DNA of 64,000 nucleotides from contig NC_042997.1 of the NCBI RefSeq assembly GCF_006345805.1, positions 14,136,001 through 14,200,000 of the forward strand, read 5' to 3'. The position numbers were made by a program, and so were the translations under genes. This DNA is from Octopus sinensis. Lineage: Eukaryota. How positions within the stretch are numbered: position 1 is the stretch's first letter; every line of letters starts with the position of its first letter. The notes below the pieces were generated by a model. The model had not been told where the DNA came from. It searched no databases and saw only the letters and a list, made by a program, of their open reading frames with translations. Below, piece by piece: positions 52,800-64,000 of the stretch.

Positions 52800-53695
52800 C
52801 AGCTAAAGAATCTCATATGGAGAACCTTTAGAATTTCTTATAAATTTTCCCTGTACCACTTATAGATTGGATTTGGAGAATTTGCCTCTGTTTCTTTTGT
52901 ACTTTTTCGAAAAACTTAGTATTTACTGAGATGTACTTGCATAGCAAGTGACCTGATCTGTTCCGACTTGGGCTATTTCTTACTGAAGAATCTGAGGGCC
53001 TATGGAAGATTGGCTTGATTTAATTTAATCAGGTTAGTTTACCATTAAACAGCAGATGAAACGGTGCATCGTATAAGAAATACAGGGTAATGTTTTTTTA
53101 ATTTATCCTGTTACGGAATTGATTTTATTTGTTTTTTGTTTGCGGTTGAAGCTTGGCTGGTATTTCTAGTGGGTGAATGGCCTATTATGGCCGTTCCTTG
53201 ATTGTTGATGTTGAACTTAAAAATGGTCTATGACTATTTAATTTTTTCCCACTAGGCCGCTGGTGGCAAAAAAATTCTACAAAATTTTTTTTTTGGCACC
53301 CTATATTGATTATTATGAATTTTCTGGTTAATTCCGTAATGGAATCGACGGCTTATATTTATTTGCTGCCGATAAAATTGGCGCGAGTGCGATGATTTGA
53401 AAATTTTAGGTCAGATATTACCTTGGCAGGGTTGGAAATGCCTCGTGAAAATACTGTTCCGACTTGGGCTATTTCTTACTGAAGAATCTGAGGGCCTATG
53501 GAAGATTGGCTTGATTTAATTTAATCAGGTTAGTTTACCATAAACAGCAGATGAAACGGTGCATCGTATAAGAAATTACAGGGTAAATGTTTTTAAATTT
53601 TCTCCTGTTTACGGAATTGATTTTTATTTGCGGTGAGCTTGGGCTGTTATTTCTAGTGGGTGAATGGCCTATTATGCCGTTCCTTGATTGTGATA
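52800..53695 (-). mobile_element. Rearranged AT-rich repeat fragment with a ~240 bp direct duplication (possibly PLE-derived)
   Basis: 52959-53205 is about equal to 53454-53693. 52923-52960 matches the terminus of the 45556-45825 element. Confidence 0.4.
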
Positions 53696-53707
53696 ATATA
53701 TATATGC

Positions 53708-53776
<69 letters not shown>

Positions 53777-53809
53777 ATATATATAATATATGCACATATA
53801 TATATATTA

Positions 53810-53845
<36 letters not shown>

Positions 53846-53862
53846 TATATATATATATATGC

Positions 53863-53893
<31 letters not shown>

Positions 53894-53949
53894 GCATATA
53901 TATATATATATATATTATATAATTGCATATATATATAATATATAATATA

Positions 53950-53985
<36 letters not shown>

Positions 53986-54055
53986 TATATATATATATAT
54001 ATGCATATATATATATATATATGCATATATAATATATATATATATATATATGCAT

Positions 54056-54090
<35 letters not shown>

Positions 54091-54094
<4 letters not shown>

Positions 54095-56160
54095 TGATTG
54101 ATTGATTGATTGATTCTAGTTCAGCTTATGAGCTGTGGCCATGCTGGGGGGCACCGCCATTTGTTGTTGCTACTTGGTTTCACTTCATGGAGGCTTTCTA
54201 GCAACTGCTATTTGGTGCATGAGAGAGTTCGATGCAGCTGCCCTCATCTGCCCCTCCTGCCGTGAAGTTGGTTCATCTGGGACACCTGACAGGAAGGAGA
54301 TCCAGCTCATTTTAAAGACATCTGATCCACCCCATGCAGGTCTCTCAGGTCTTCGGGAGGATATTGAAGAGCTGTGGGCCTCGGAAGCCCAGGCTATCAC
54401 AGAATCTTGTCCTACATCTTGATGGCAGGTTTGGAGTCCTAGGCCACCACGCAGTGGCGCCCAGTTCTGGCATTCGCGTAACTCTCGATGCCAAAGTTCA
54501 GGACACTCCCTCCAGGATCTTCCAGATGTATATTATGGCATATCTTTCCCGCCTACGCTCCAGGGAATATATTTAATCTCTTGAGTCTTCCCAGTAGCTT
54601 ACATTCTGCATAGAGGCTATCTTCTTTGTGTATGTAGCTTCGTTGGGTCGCCTCAAGTTCTGTGATCAACTTGACACTGGATGGGACCATAGCTGAGAGC
54701 AATAGTCAAAGTGGGCTTAGGACAAGTGTCTTCAGAGGACCATCATGGTTTCTGTTCTCTGTTCTAAAGGTTCTAAGAATCCCCAGCCAGCCAGCCGTCA
54801 CATTCAGTGTCAGTTTAGCAACATGTACATGAAAGGTCGGCGCGTAGGTCGCGTCATCACTCATGTGTAATACCTAGGTCACGCACTGATGTGTGCCCTC
54901 TGGGATTGCAATCCCTCCGGGTCCAGTGTATTCATTGGGTATTGCATTCAGTTTGCATGCTGATAGGATAAAGCTTGAAACTTTCCAGCATTGAACTGCA
55001 TGCTATTCTTTTCAGCCCACCTTGTATATTTCGTCCAGCTCACATGGCAGGTGTTTAGTGTCCTCAGGGTTCTGTATTGCATGTATTGCTGTGAAACTTT
55101 TGTATCATCTGCATAACTTGTGATCGTGGCTCTCTGCGTGGCTGAGGGCATGTCTGGAGAGGGCCATTAGAACAGTAGTGGGTCCAGAACAGTGCCCTGC
55201 GGAACACCGCTCACTATGTGTGTGTTAATGGAGGTGGCCCCATTGGCTACTACCACCTGACTTCTATCCTTCAGAAAGTCATGAAGCATTCTCCCAGTTT
55301 TCCAAACTATGTTGAGATCACGCAGTTTGTGACATATCATTCCATGATCGACTTTATCAAAGGCCTTTGCAAAGTCGAGATCGAGATATATCACTTGCAC
55401 ATTTGAGTGGTTGAGCAGCCGTTTCAGCACCCAGTCATAGTGTTGTAGGAGCTGAGTTAAACAGCTTCTCCCTGGTCGGAAACCATGTTGGGTGTCGGGC
55501 AGCAAGTCATTCTCTTCAAGGAAGGTGATCAGCTTCCTTCTGACTATTCGTTCCATGACCTTGCTGATGTGTGAGGTCAGAGAGATAGGTCTATAGTTCT
55601 TGGCTTCCGCTCTGCTACCTCCTTATGAATGGGGCATATTTTACCTTCCTTCAGTTTTCCTGGAAGTTTGCCAGCTGCAAGGAAGCTCTGAAAGAGGGAA
55701 CTGCAGTGGTCTTGCTAGGACTCTCTTACATGCTTTTAGGAGGATTGCCGGGAATCCATCGGGGCCAGTAGCTGAGTCTGTTTTCATTTCATCTATAGCC
55801 TTGGTTACATCTTCTTCTTTATACGATGTAATCTATCGTCGCCGCCTCTGATTTTATATCTGCAGTGTTAAAAAAGTCAGTTGGATGGTGATTTGAAGAT
55901 GCCCAAGGGGGTGGAGTGAAAACACTCTTGAATTGCTCATTCAGTATTTCACTTACCCTCATGGTTTTCCTGTAAGTGTGCCATCCTTTTCGAGGAGTGG
56001 GCCCTATTCTACAGTGCACTGTAGCTGTTTCTTTGGCATACCTGTAGAAAGCTTGGGGGGTTAGATTTTATGTTTTCTATAGCCCAGGCTTCTCTGTCTG
56101 CTCTTTCTTTTTCATGGGAGAGTTGCAGAATTTTTTCGATTTCCAACAGTTTTATTTTAT
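54091..56160 (-). mobile_element. 5'-truncated CR1-type LINE A with (AATC)n tail
   Basis: QHGFRPGRSCLTQLL, DFAKAFDKVDH, GVPQGTVL, YADD and C-terminal SLERRR and VPDEP motifs across frameshifts. (GATT)n at 54091-54115. Confidence 0.88.
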
Positions 56161-56372
56161 GCATATATATATATATATATTATATATATAATATATATTA
56201 TATATATATATATGCATATATATATATGCATATATTATATATGCATATTATATATTATTATATATATATATTATATGCATATATATATATGCATATATAT
56301 ATATATATATAATATATGCATATATATATATGCATATATATATATATATATATATATGCATATATATATATG

Positions 56373-56407
<35 letters not shown>

Positions 56408-56420
56408 TGCATAATATATA

Positions 56421-56456
<36 letters not shown>

Positions 56457-56478
56457 TATATATATATATATATATATA

Positions 56479-56520
<42 letters not shown>

Positions 56521-57113
56521 TATATATATATATATATGCATATATATATATGCATTATATATATATTGCATATATATATATATATATATGCATATATATA
56601 TATGCCATATATAGATATATATTATATATATGCATTTATATATATGCATATATATATATATAATATGCATTATATATATGCATATATATATATGCATATT
56701 ATATATATATATATATATATGCATATAATGCATATATATATATATATGCATATATATGCATATATATATATATATATGCATATATATATAATATATATGC
56801 ATATATTATATATATGCATATATATATATATATATATTATGCATATATATATATATATATGCATATATATGCATATATATAATATATATATATATATGCA
56901 ATATAATATATATATATTATATATATATATGCAATATATATATATATATATATATATGCATATTATATATAATATATCTATGCATAATATATATATATAA
57001 TATATATATATATGCATATATATATATATATGCATATATATATATATATGCATATATATATATATATATATATGCATATATATATATATATATGCATTAT
57101 ATATATATATATA

Positions 57114-57147
<34 letters not shown>

Positions 57148-57164
57148 TATATATTATATATATA

Positions 57165-57195
<31 letters not shown>

Positions 57196-57672
57196 TGCAT
57201 ATATATCTATATATATATATATATGCATATATATATATATATATATGCACTATTATATATATATATATATATAATATATTGCATATTATATATATATATA
57301 TAGGCATTATATATATATATATAATGCATATATATATATATATATATATGCATATATTATATATTATATATATATGCATATATATATGCATATATATGCA
57401 TATATATATATGCATATATATATATATATATATATATCTAATATATATATATATATTATATATATATATATAGCATTATATATATATATATATATATGCA
57501 TATATATATATATATATATATATGCATATATAATATATATATATATATATATGCATATAATATAGGTAATATATATATATATATATATATATGCATATAT
57601 ATATAATATATATGTATATATATATATATATACATAATATATATATATATACATATCTATATATATATATAT

Positions 57673-57727
<55 letters not shown>

Positions 57728-57740
57728 TTATATATATATA

Positions 57741-59803
57741 TAAAGAATCAACAAAAAGATCAACATGCTGAAATACTGTCAACAGCAACACACCAACCTG
57801 ACTGCCATCTCGTCGCTAGAGATTAAAAAACATAAACTCCAAAACAACATGATGTCTATCATCAATAGTCAGCGAAGAGCTGAAGAGGCCTGGGCCATTG
57901 AGAAGATCAAACTCAATCCCAAAGTGTTCTTTTCATTGCAAAAAAAACACAGAGTCACTGGTTCTACTGTTGGCCCTCTGATTGATGAAAATGGTACTCT
58001 TCAAGACAATGCCAAAACCATGGGAGAAAATATTGCAGAAACAAATTGCTCTGTTTTCAGCAATCCTGATATGACTGATTGGGCTGTATCAGTGATGTTA
58101 CTCCCCAATACACTTTATCGGACATAACATTTGGCGCTCCTGATGTCTTAGCAGCAATAAAGGAAATGAAGCATAATTCAGCAGTAGGTCCCGATAGGTT
58201 CCTGCTTGTGTCTTGAAGATGTGTCAAAACCAACTTGCACCCCCTCTAGCCAATCTGTGGCGGAACTCATTGGATGCTGGATATATACCAGAAGACCTTC
58301 TATCCCAGTCTGTTGTCCCAGTTTTCAAAAAAGGAAACAAATCGCTTGCCGTGAATTACCGTCCAATCTCACTCACCTCTCATATCATCAAGGTATTTGA
58401 GAGGGTGCTGAGATCGCGTATATGACTCACTTCCTTGAGAGTCATAATATGGAACCCCAACCAGCATGGATCCCGTAATGGGAGAGATTGCTTGACGCAG
58501 CTACTGCCATCATTTTGATGACATTTTGAGAGCCTTGGGAGAGGTTCCAACACTGATGTCATCTACCTTGATTTCAGCAAGGCTTTGACAGGGTTGATCA
58601 TAAGATCCTTCTGAGAAAGCTGTCCAATATTGGTGTCACTGGAAAGCTGCTTGCAATGGATCAAGTGCTTCCTCTCTAACAGAACCCAGCATGTTGTAGT
58701 CGAAGGAGTCAAATCCAGCCCAGCCAAAGTCAGCAGTGGTGTCCCACAAGGCACTGTGTTGGGCCCACTTCTCTTCATCATCTACATAATGATATTACTG
58801 ACACCATCAAACACAGCAACATCAGAACCTTCGCTGATGATTCCAAGCTCCAGAAGGTCATCAATGGCGTGGATGACCGAATAAACCTTCAGTCAGACCT
58901 ACTGGCTGTTGTCCAATGGGCGGAAAAGAATAACATGTTGCTAAATGAAGACAATTCGAACTGATCCACTTTGGAAGGGAGGACGCTCTGAAACTCCCAT
59001 ACTCTCTTCCTTCTGGAGAAATTCTCATGGCATCCAACAAACATCAGAGACCTGGGAGTAACCGTGGACAACAACATAAGCTGGGCTACACATATAAGCA
59101 GCAAAGTTGACATGGCCGCGCAGAATGTGTTCCTGGATTCTCAGAACCTTCCAGTCGAGAGATTCCCACGCTATTATCCCTTCTCTTCTCCACTTTTGCC
59201 CGACCCCACCTTGAATACTGCTGTCCACTGTGGTCTCCCTACACAAAACAAAATATTAGAGATTGAAGCTCCCCAAAGGTCAATCACAAAAAAGATAGAT
59301 GGCATGTCAGACCTTGACTACTGGGGTAGACTAGAGAAGCTGAAATTGTATTCACTCCAACGACGCCGTGAACGCTACATTATCTGTATGATGTGGAAAA
59401 TATTCCATCAGCACTGTCCGAATGATGTTCATCACCTTCAAAATGCATCCAAGGCTTGGACCGTGCCATCCGTCCACAACAAAATCTAAATCGCATCACA
59501 TAACGACAATACGGCACAAACTATTCACCTCAATTGGACCCGCTCTCTTCAAACATACACCAGGAAACCGCGTCAAAAAAGAAACTGACCCACACAAAAT
59601 TCAAGAAGTCTTTGGACACAATTCCTTCAAACAGTACGGACAAACCACCCACACCCGGATATGTCTCCGCAAACAATAACTCTCTGCCTCGAATGGGCCT
59701 TGGTGCCCAAATCCTGAACTGAAAGACTTCGCAGGTGGTGTGTATTAAGTTAGACATGGCCTGGGCCAATACAGGCCAAAAAACCTTTCTAAGTTATCTA
59801 AGT
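57741..59803 (+). mobile_element. 5'-truncated CR1-type LINE B (different family)
   Basis: NYRPISLTS, GVPQGTVLGPLLF, FADD and LKLYSLQRRRERY. 3' hairpin TGGCCTG/CAGGCCA (59757-59778) and tail CTAAGTTATCTAAGTT. Confidence 0.88.
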
Positions 59804-59857
59804 TGTATATATACATATATATATTATATAAGATATATAGCCCCACATATTATATAT

Positions 59858-59897
<40 letters not shown>

Positions 59898-59981
59898 CAT
59901 ATATATATATATATATATATATATGCAGAATATATATATATAGATATGCATATATATATATATATAATATATGCATACATA

Positions 59982-60024
<43 letters not shown>

Positions 60025-60052
60025 GCATAATATATATATATATATATACATA

Positions 60053-60087
<35 letters not shown>

Positions 60088-60209
60088 CTATATATACATA
60101 TATATATATATAATTTCAACAATTTGAGGGCAAAATTAATTAATATTAATCAATTTCACAAGTGTTCAGTATGCAAAGGGACCATTCAAGGCGAATTAAA
60201 TTATTACAT

Positions 60210-60310
60210 TATATAAAAGGGCTTAGTAAAATAAATTACTTACGCTAGCTGCTATTTCTAATGAGTTCAGTATGCGGCAAAGTAATTTATTTTACTAAGC
60301 CCTTTTATAT
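60210..60310. repeat. Small palindromic element in (TA)n
   Basis: AAAAGGGCTTAGTAAAATAAATTACTT / AAGTAATTTTATTTTACTAAGCCCTTTT arms. Confidence 0.75.
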
Positions 60311-60325
60311 ATATATATATATATC

Positions 60326-60356
<31 letters not shown>

Positions 60357-60464
60357 ATATATTATATATATATATAATACATATATATCGTGCATATATA
60401 CTATATATATATATATATACATAATACTTATATACTATATCTAATATTATATATATATATCTAC

Positions 60465-60517
<53 letters not shown>

Positions 60518-60613
60518 GATATATATACATATTTATATATATAGATATATATATATATATTCTATTATAATATAGCATATGATATATTATATATATATAT
60601 ATATATATAGTAT

Positions 60614-60646
<33 letters not shown>

Positions 60647-60678
60647 TATATATATATTATATATATATATATATATGC

Positions 60679-60716
<38 letters not shown>

Positions 60717-60728
60717 GTATATATATAT

Positions 60729-60962
60729 GAAGAAATAAGGTACTCAGAAATCTAGATGGTTTTATATTTACAGATTTTTATTATATGTCACACGTTTTTA
60801 TAAATCATATATTAACACTTGCCATCCACTCTAGTGGATTGTCAGATGACGAATCGATTAGAGTGGATGCAGCGCTAATATATGATTTATAAGACATGTG
60901 ACATATTAATAAAAATATGTAAATATAAAAATCATTCAGATTTCTGAGTACCTTATTTCTTC
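60729..60962. repeat. 234 bp palindromic (fold-back) element next to (TA)n
   Basis: GAAGAAATAAGGTACTCAGAAATCT ... AGATTTCTGAGTACCTTATTTCTTC. Imperfect arms of ~105 bp. Confidence 0.85.
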
Positions 60963-61200
60963 TAATGTATAATACCTGTAATCATCTCCCAAACCATCTA
61001 ATATATAATATATAGATATATATATACAATAGTGTTGTGTGTGTGTGGTGTGTGGTGTGTGTGTGTGTGTGGTGTGTGTGTGTGTGTGTGCTGTGTGTGT
61101 GTGGTGGTGTGTGTGTGTGTGTGTGTGTGTGGTGTGTTCACGAGTTACTGGACAACCGAAAGAAGGGCACTCAAGCAATTTATAAGGAGTTACATGTATG

Positions 61201-61299
61201 GATCAAAACAATTTGATTCAAATTTGTTGGTGCTCTTGATTTTCAAGCCTTTGAAACTCAAGAGTGTCAACGACTCATCTGACTCAAACTGTTTTGATC
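61201..61299. repeat. ~100 bp imperfect hairpin
   Basis: GATCAAAACAATTTGATTCA...TTTTCAA GCCT TTGAAA...TGACTCAAACTGTTTTGATC. Confidence 0.7.
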
Positions 61300-61499
61300 G
61301 ATATATATGTATGTGCGTGTGTCTGTGAGAGAGAGAGAGTGCGCGTGTGCGTGTACGTGTGTGCGTGTGATCTTAGTCTGCATGATTTTTTTTGTCCTTT
61401 GTAATCATACCTGGTCTATATCGTCAGTAGTTCATATATTCAAAAGAGATGCACACTCTAAATCATTAGACCAGTAATATATCTTTTAACTTCCTAAAA

Positions 61500-62200
61500 A
61501 TATGTATATACGACGAGCTTCTTTCAGTTTGCGTCTGCCAAATCCACTCACAGGGCTTTGGTCAGCCCGAGGCTATAGCAGAAGACACTTGACGAAGGTG
61601 ACACGCAGTGGGACTGCACTCGGAAGCGAATTTTTTCCCACGAGAGTTCCGGACCCCAGTTATGAACTCATTTGTATACAGCCAATCAGAGCTCAACTAT
61701 CAAACTAATTTATGAACGCATAAGTGATGAGCGATAAGATAAGGTCACTTGGGTAAGGAATGACCATGCTCCTTTTCTCTTTTAGTGGTTCTTGTTTTAA
61801 CCATGGCTGCCTCTGCGTAGTTATTTGTGTTATTGTTTAATCTCTAAAACAGTAAGGGGAGAAGGTTGTTAATACATCACCCTCTACGCACATTTTCCCC
61901 ATCCACATCTTGAGCAGATGGGGCCCTAAAAAGTCCGATAATAGGTATAAATGCTTATCTATTTTATCACTTGTCTCCTTCCAAATTCTGGCATAACTTG
62001 GCGATCGATCGACAGTTTATTTGGCAGAGTGTGTTTGCTAGCTTCACAACTAGGTCAAGGTGAGCTCTAATTGACTGTATGCAAATGAGTGCATTACTTG
62101 GGTCCGGAACACTCGTGGGGAAAAGATTTTGCAACCCGCAAACTATATGGTTGGCAATAAACTTCTTAGCACAGCTACGCTTACGCCTGTTCTACGCCTG
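61500..62200 (-). mobile_element. SINE family A 5' half split by a nested MITE
   Basis: Head sequence stops at GCAGTGGGACTG (~61617) and resumes at CAACCCGCAAACTATATGGTTGG (~62131). Confidence 0.6.
61630..62127. mobile_element. MITE-like element with ~65 bp TIRs
   Basis: TTTTCCCACGAGAGTTCCGGACCCCAG...CAGAGCTCA is about the reverse complement of TGAGCTCTAATTG...GGGTCCGGAACACTCGTGGGGAAAA. Confidence 0.75.
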
Positions 62201-62274
62201 CCCCTATCTTGTTTATCATTCATTTATCATATTTGCTTATAAGTTAAACAGGTAGTCGCAGGAGTGGCTGTGTG

Positions 62275-62665
62275 ATAAGTAGTTTGCTTAAGAACCACGT
62301 GGTTCCGGGTTCAGTCCCACTGCGTGGTACCTTGGGCAAGTGTCTTCTTCTATAGCCTCAGGCCGACCAAAGCCTTGTGAGTGGAGTTGGTAGACGGAAA
62401 CTGAAAGAAGCCCGTCGTATATATGTATATATATATGTGAGTGTGCGTGTATGTTTGTGTGTCCGTGTTTGTCCCCCTAGCATTGCTTGACAACCGATGC
62501 TGGTGTGTTTATGTCCCCGTTACTTAGCAGTTCGGCAAAAGTGACCGATAGAATAAGTACTGGGCTTACAAAAGCATAAGTCCCGGGGTCGAGTTGCTCG
62601 ATTAAAGGCGGTGCTTCATCATGGCCGCAGTCAAATGACTGAAACAAGTAAAAGAGTAAAAGAGT
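62275..62665 (+). mobile_element. SINE family A copy
   Basis: Head, core and tail recognisable. Confidence 0.9.
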
Positions 62666-62689
62666 ATATGTATATATGTGTGTGTGTGT

Positions 62690-62920
62690 TTCTGTGACTG
62701 TGTTTGTCCCCCCACCACCAACATCACTTGTCAACTGATGCTGGTGTGTTTACGTCCCCGTAACTGAGCGGTTCAGCAAAAAAATAGACCCATAGAATAA
62801 GTACTAGGCTCACAAAGAATAAGTCCTGGTTAGGTCGATTTGCTCGACAAACGGCGGTGCTCCAGCATGGCCGCAGTCAAATGACTGAAACAAGTATTAA
62901 AAGAGTAAAAGAGTAAAAGA
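62690..62920 (+). mobile_element. Tandem extra 3' half of SINE family A
   Basis: Repeats 62460-62665. Confidence 0.8.
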
Positions 62921-63289
62921 AAGAGAGAGTTCACAGAAACTGGTTGTGGTCTGAATCGGCAAAAATGATACAGTAAAATTTGTTGTGTTTACAATCAACT
63001 GAAATACCATAGATACAATGATAAGAAATGTCATCTCCAAACGTCAATATTCTCTTCAGCCCACGGCATACAAACTTATCCAAACTTTTCGACTTCGTTA
63101 TTCGTTTACATTTAAAGTATACAGTTGCTATTGTACTTCTGTAATCTCAGACTGTCTCTCTTAACGCAGACCTGGCAAAAGATGTTCCAGCCGTGACTAT
63201 CTTGTTTTATTTTTGGGGTTTTCTGTTTCTTTTTTTTTTTCTGTTTTGTTTTCTTTCAGACATCGTTGTATATTTAAGACTACATTATT

Positions 63290-63634
63290 TAATGGAGGTG
63301 GAGGAGGGGGAGAAGGAGGAGCAGCAAGGGGAACAGGAGGAGACGGTGATGATAATGATGATGACGCTATTGCTGCTGCTACTGCTGATGATGATGATGA
63401 TGATGATGATGACGACGACGAAGGCGACAACGATGACGACAACCACAAGCATGACAACGACGTTGCTGATGATGATGATGATGACGACGACGACGACGGC
63501 GACGACGAAGAAGACGGTGATGATGATGATGGTGATGGTGATGATGGTGATGGTGATGATGATGACGATGACGATGATGGTGATGATGATGACGATGATG
63601 ATGACGATGATGATGATGATGATAATGATGATGA

Positions 63635-63665
<31 letters not shown>

Positions 63666-63690
63666 GATGGTGATGATGATGAACCCTGAA
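63290..63690. repeat. (GAT)n/(GAC)n/(GGA)n trinucleotide low-complexity tract
   Basis: Directly visible. Confidence 0.9.
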
Positions 63691-64000
63691 AGGATAATTT
63701 GTGAAATATCATCCCACTGCTAATCTGTGCAAGCCGTTACAACGATTAGTTGTCCGAGAAATGCAGATAGCTTCGAGACACACTCTGACATGTAACAGAA
63801 ACACAGACTAAATCCCGTCTTGTCCTTCTATCGGCACAGATTCAAAGTAGTCTATTTCACCCATTTAAAGGGACATTTCCTTCAACGACCCAAAGACAGC
63901 ATAATTAACAGGCATCGGCATGCCCAGACACACACACATACACACACACACACACACTTATACACACTCACACATAGACACATATGGATGGAAGCACTCC

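Larger units (their letters stand above)
53695..60730. repeat. ~7 kb (TA)n / (TATGCA)-variant domain with nested insertions
   Basis: TA tracts at 53695-54090, 56160-57740, 59805-60110 and 60310-60728, regularly interrupted by ATGCAT. Confidence 0.9.

Noticed and set aside
63193-63723. Poly-Asp, poly-Met and poly-Ser ORFs of 158-176 aa
   Set aside because: They are (GAT)n/(GAC)n repeats open in several frames and on both strands, with no domain or clear splice context.
63991-64000. GAAGCACTCC, matching the end of a minus-strand family B SINE (compare 26072)
   Set aside because: Only 10 bp are visible at the window edge.

Overview
This is eukaryotic, repeat-saturated DNA with no recognisable host-gene exon, rRNA, tRNA gene or CRISPR array. 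The SINE, LINE and microsatellite make-up suggests a cephalopod (Octopus-like) genome, but that is an inference. Almost all of the short six-frame ORFs are microsatellite or antisense artefacts. Real coding content belongs to mobile elements: a near full-length Tx1/L1-clade LINE (1571-7772, minus) sitting inside a (GATA)n tract; a Dong/R4-like RLE-LINE 3' end inside (AAT)n; a Penelope-like element (RT + GIY-YIG) whose 3' pLTR holds a repeated CCAAT/CRE promoter module and a hammerhead-like motif; two CR1-type LINE 3' halves inside a ~7 kb (TA)n domain; and several mariner and Tc1 copies. Non-coding elements include a Helitron, MITEs, palindromic mini-elements and at least four modular tRNA-headed SINE families. 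The strongest leads are four. (i) Several minimal type I hammerhead cores covary at the 3-8 pair (C-G, U-A, G-C), one at the apex of a TSD-flanked fold-back mini-element. (ii) Retroelements partition among different microsatellite targets. (iii) TSD-flanked, circularly permuted concatemers of a ~184 bp SINE body. (iv) A SINE-LINE shared 3' tail with a compensated stem-loop. All calls were made by eye; boundaries given as approximate may be off by tens of bases, and nothing was database-searched.
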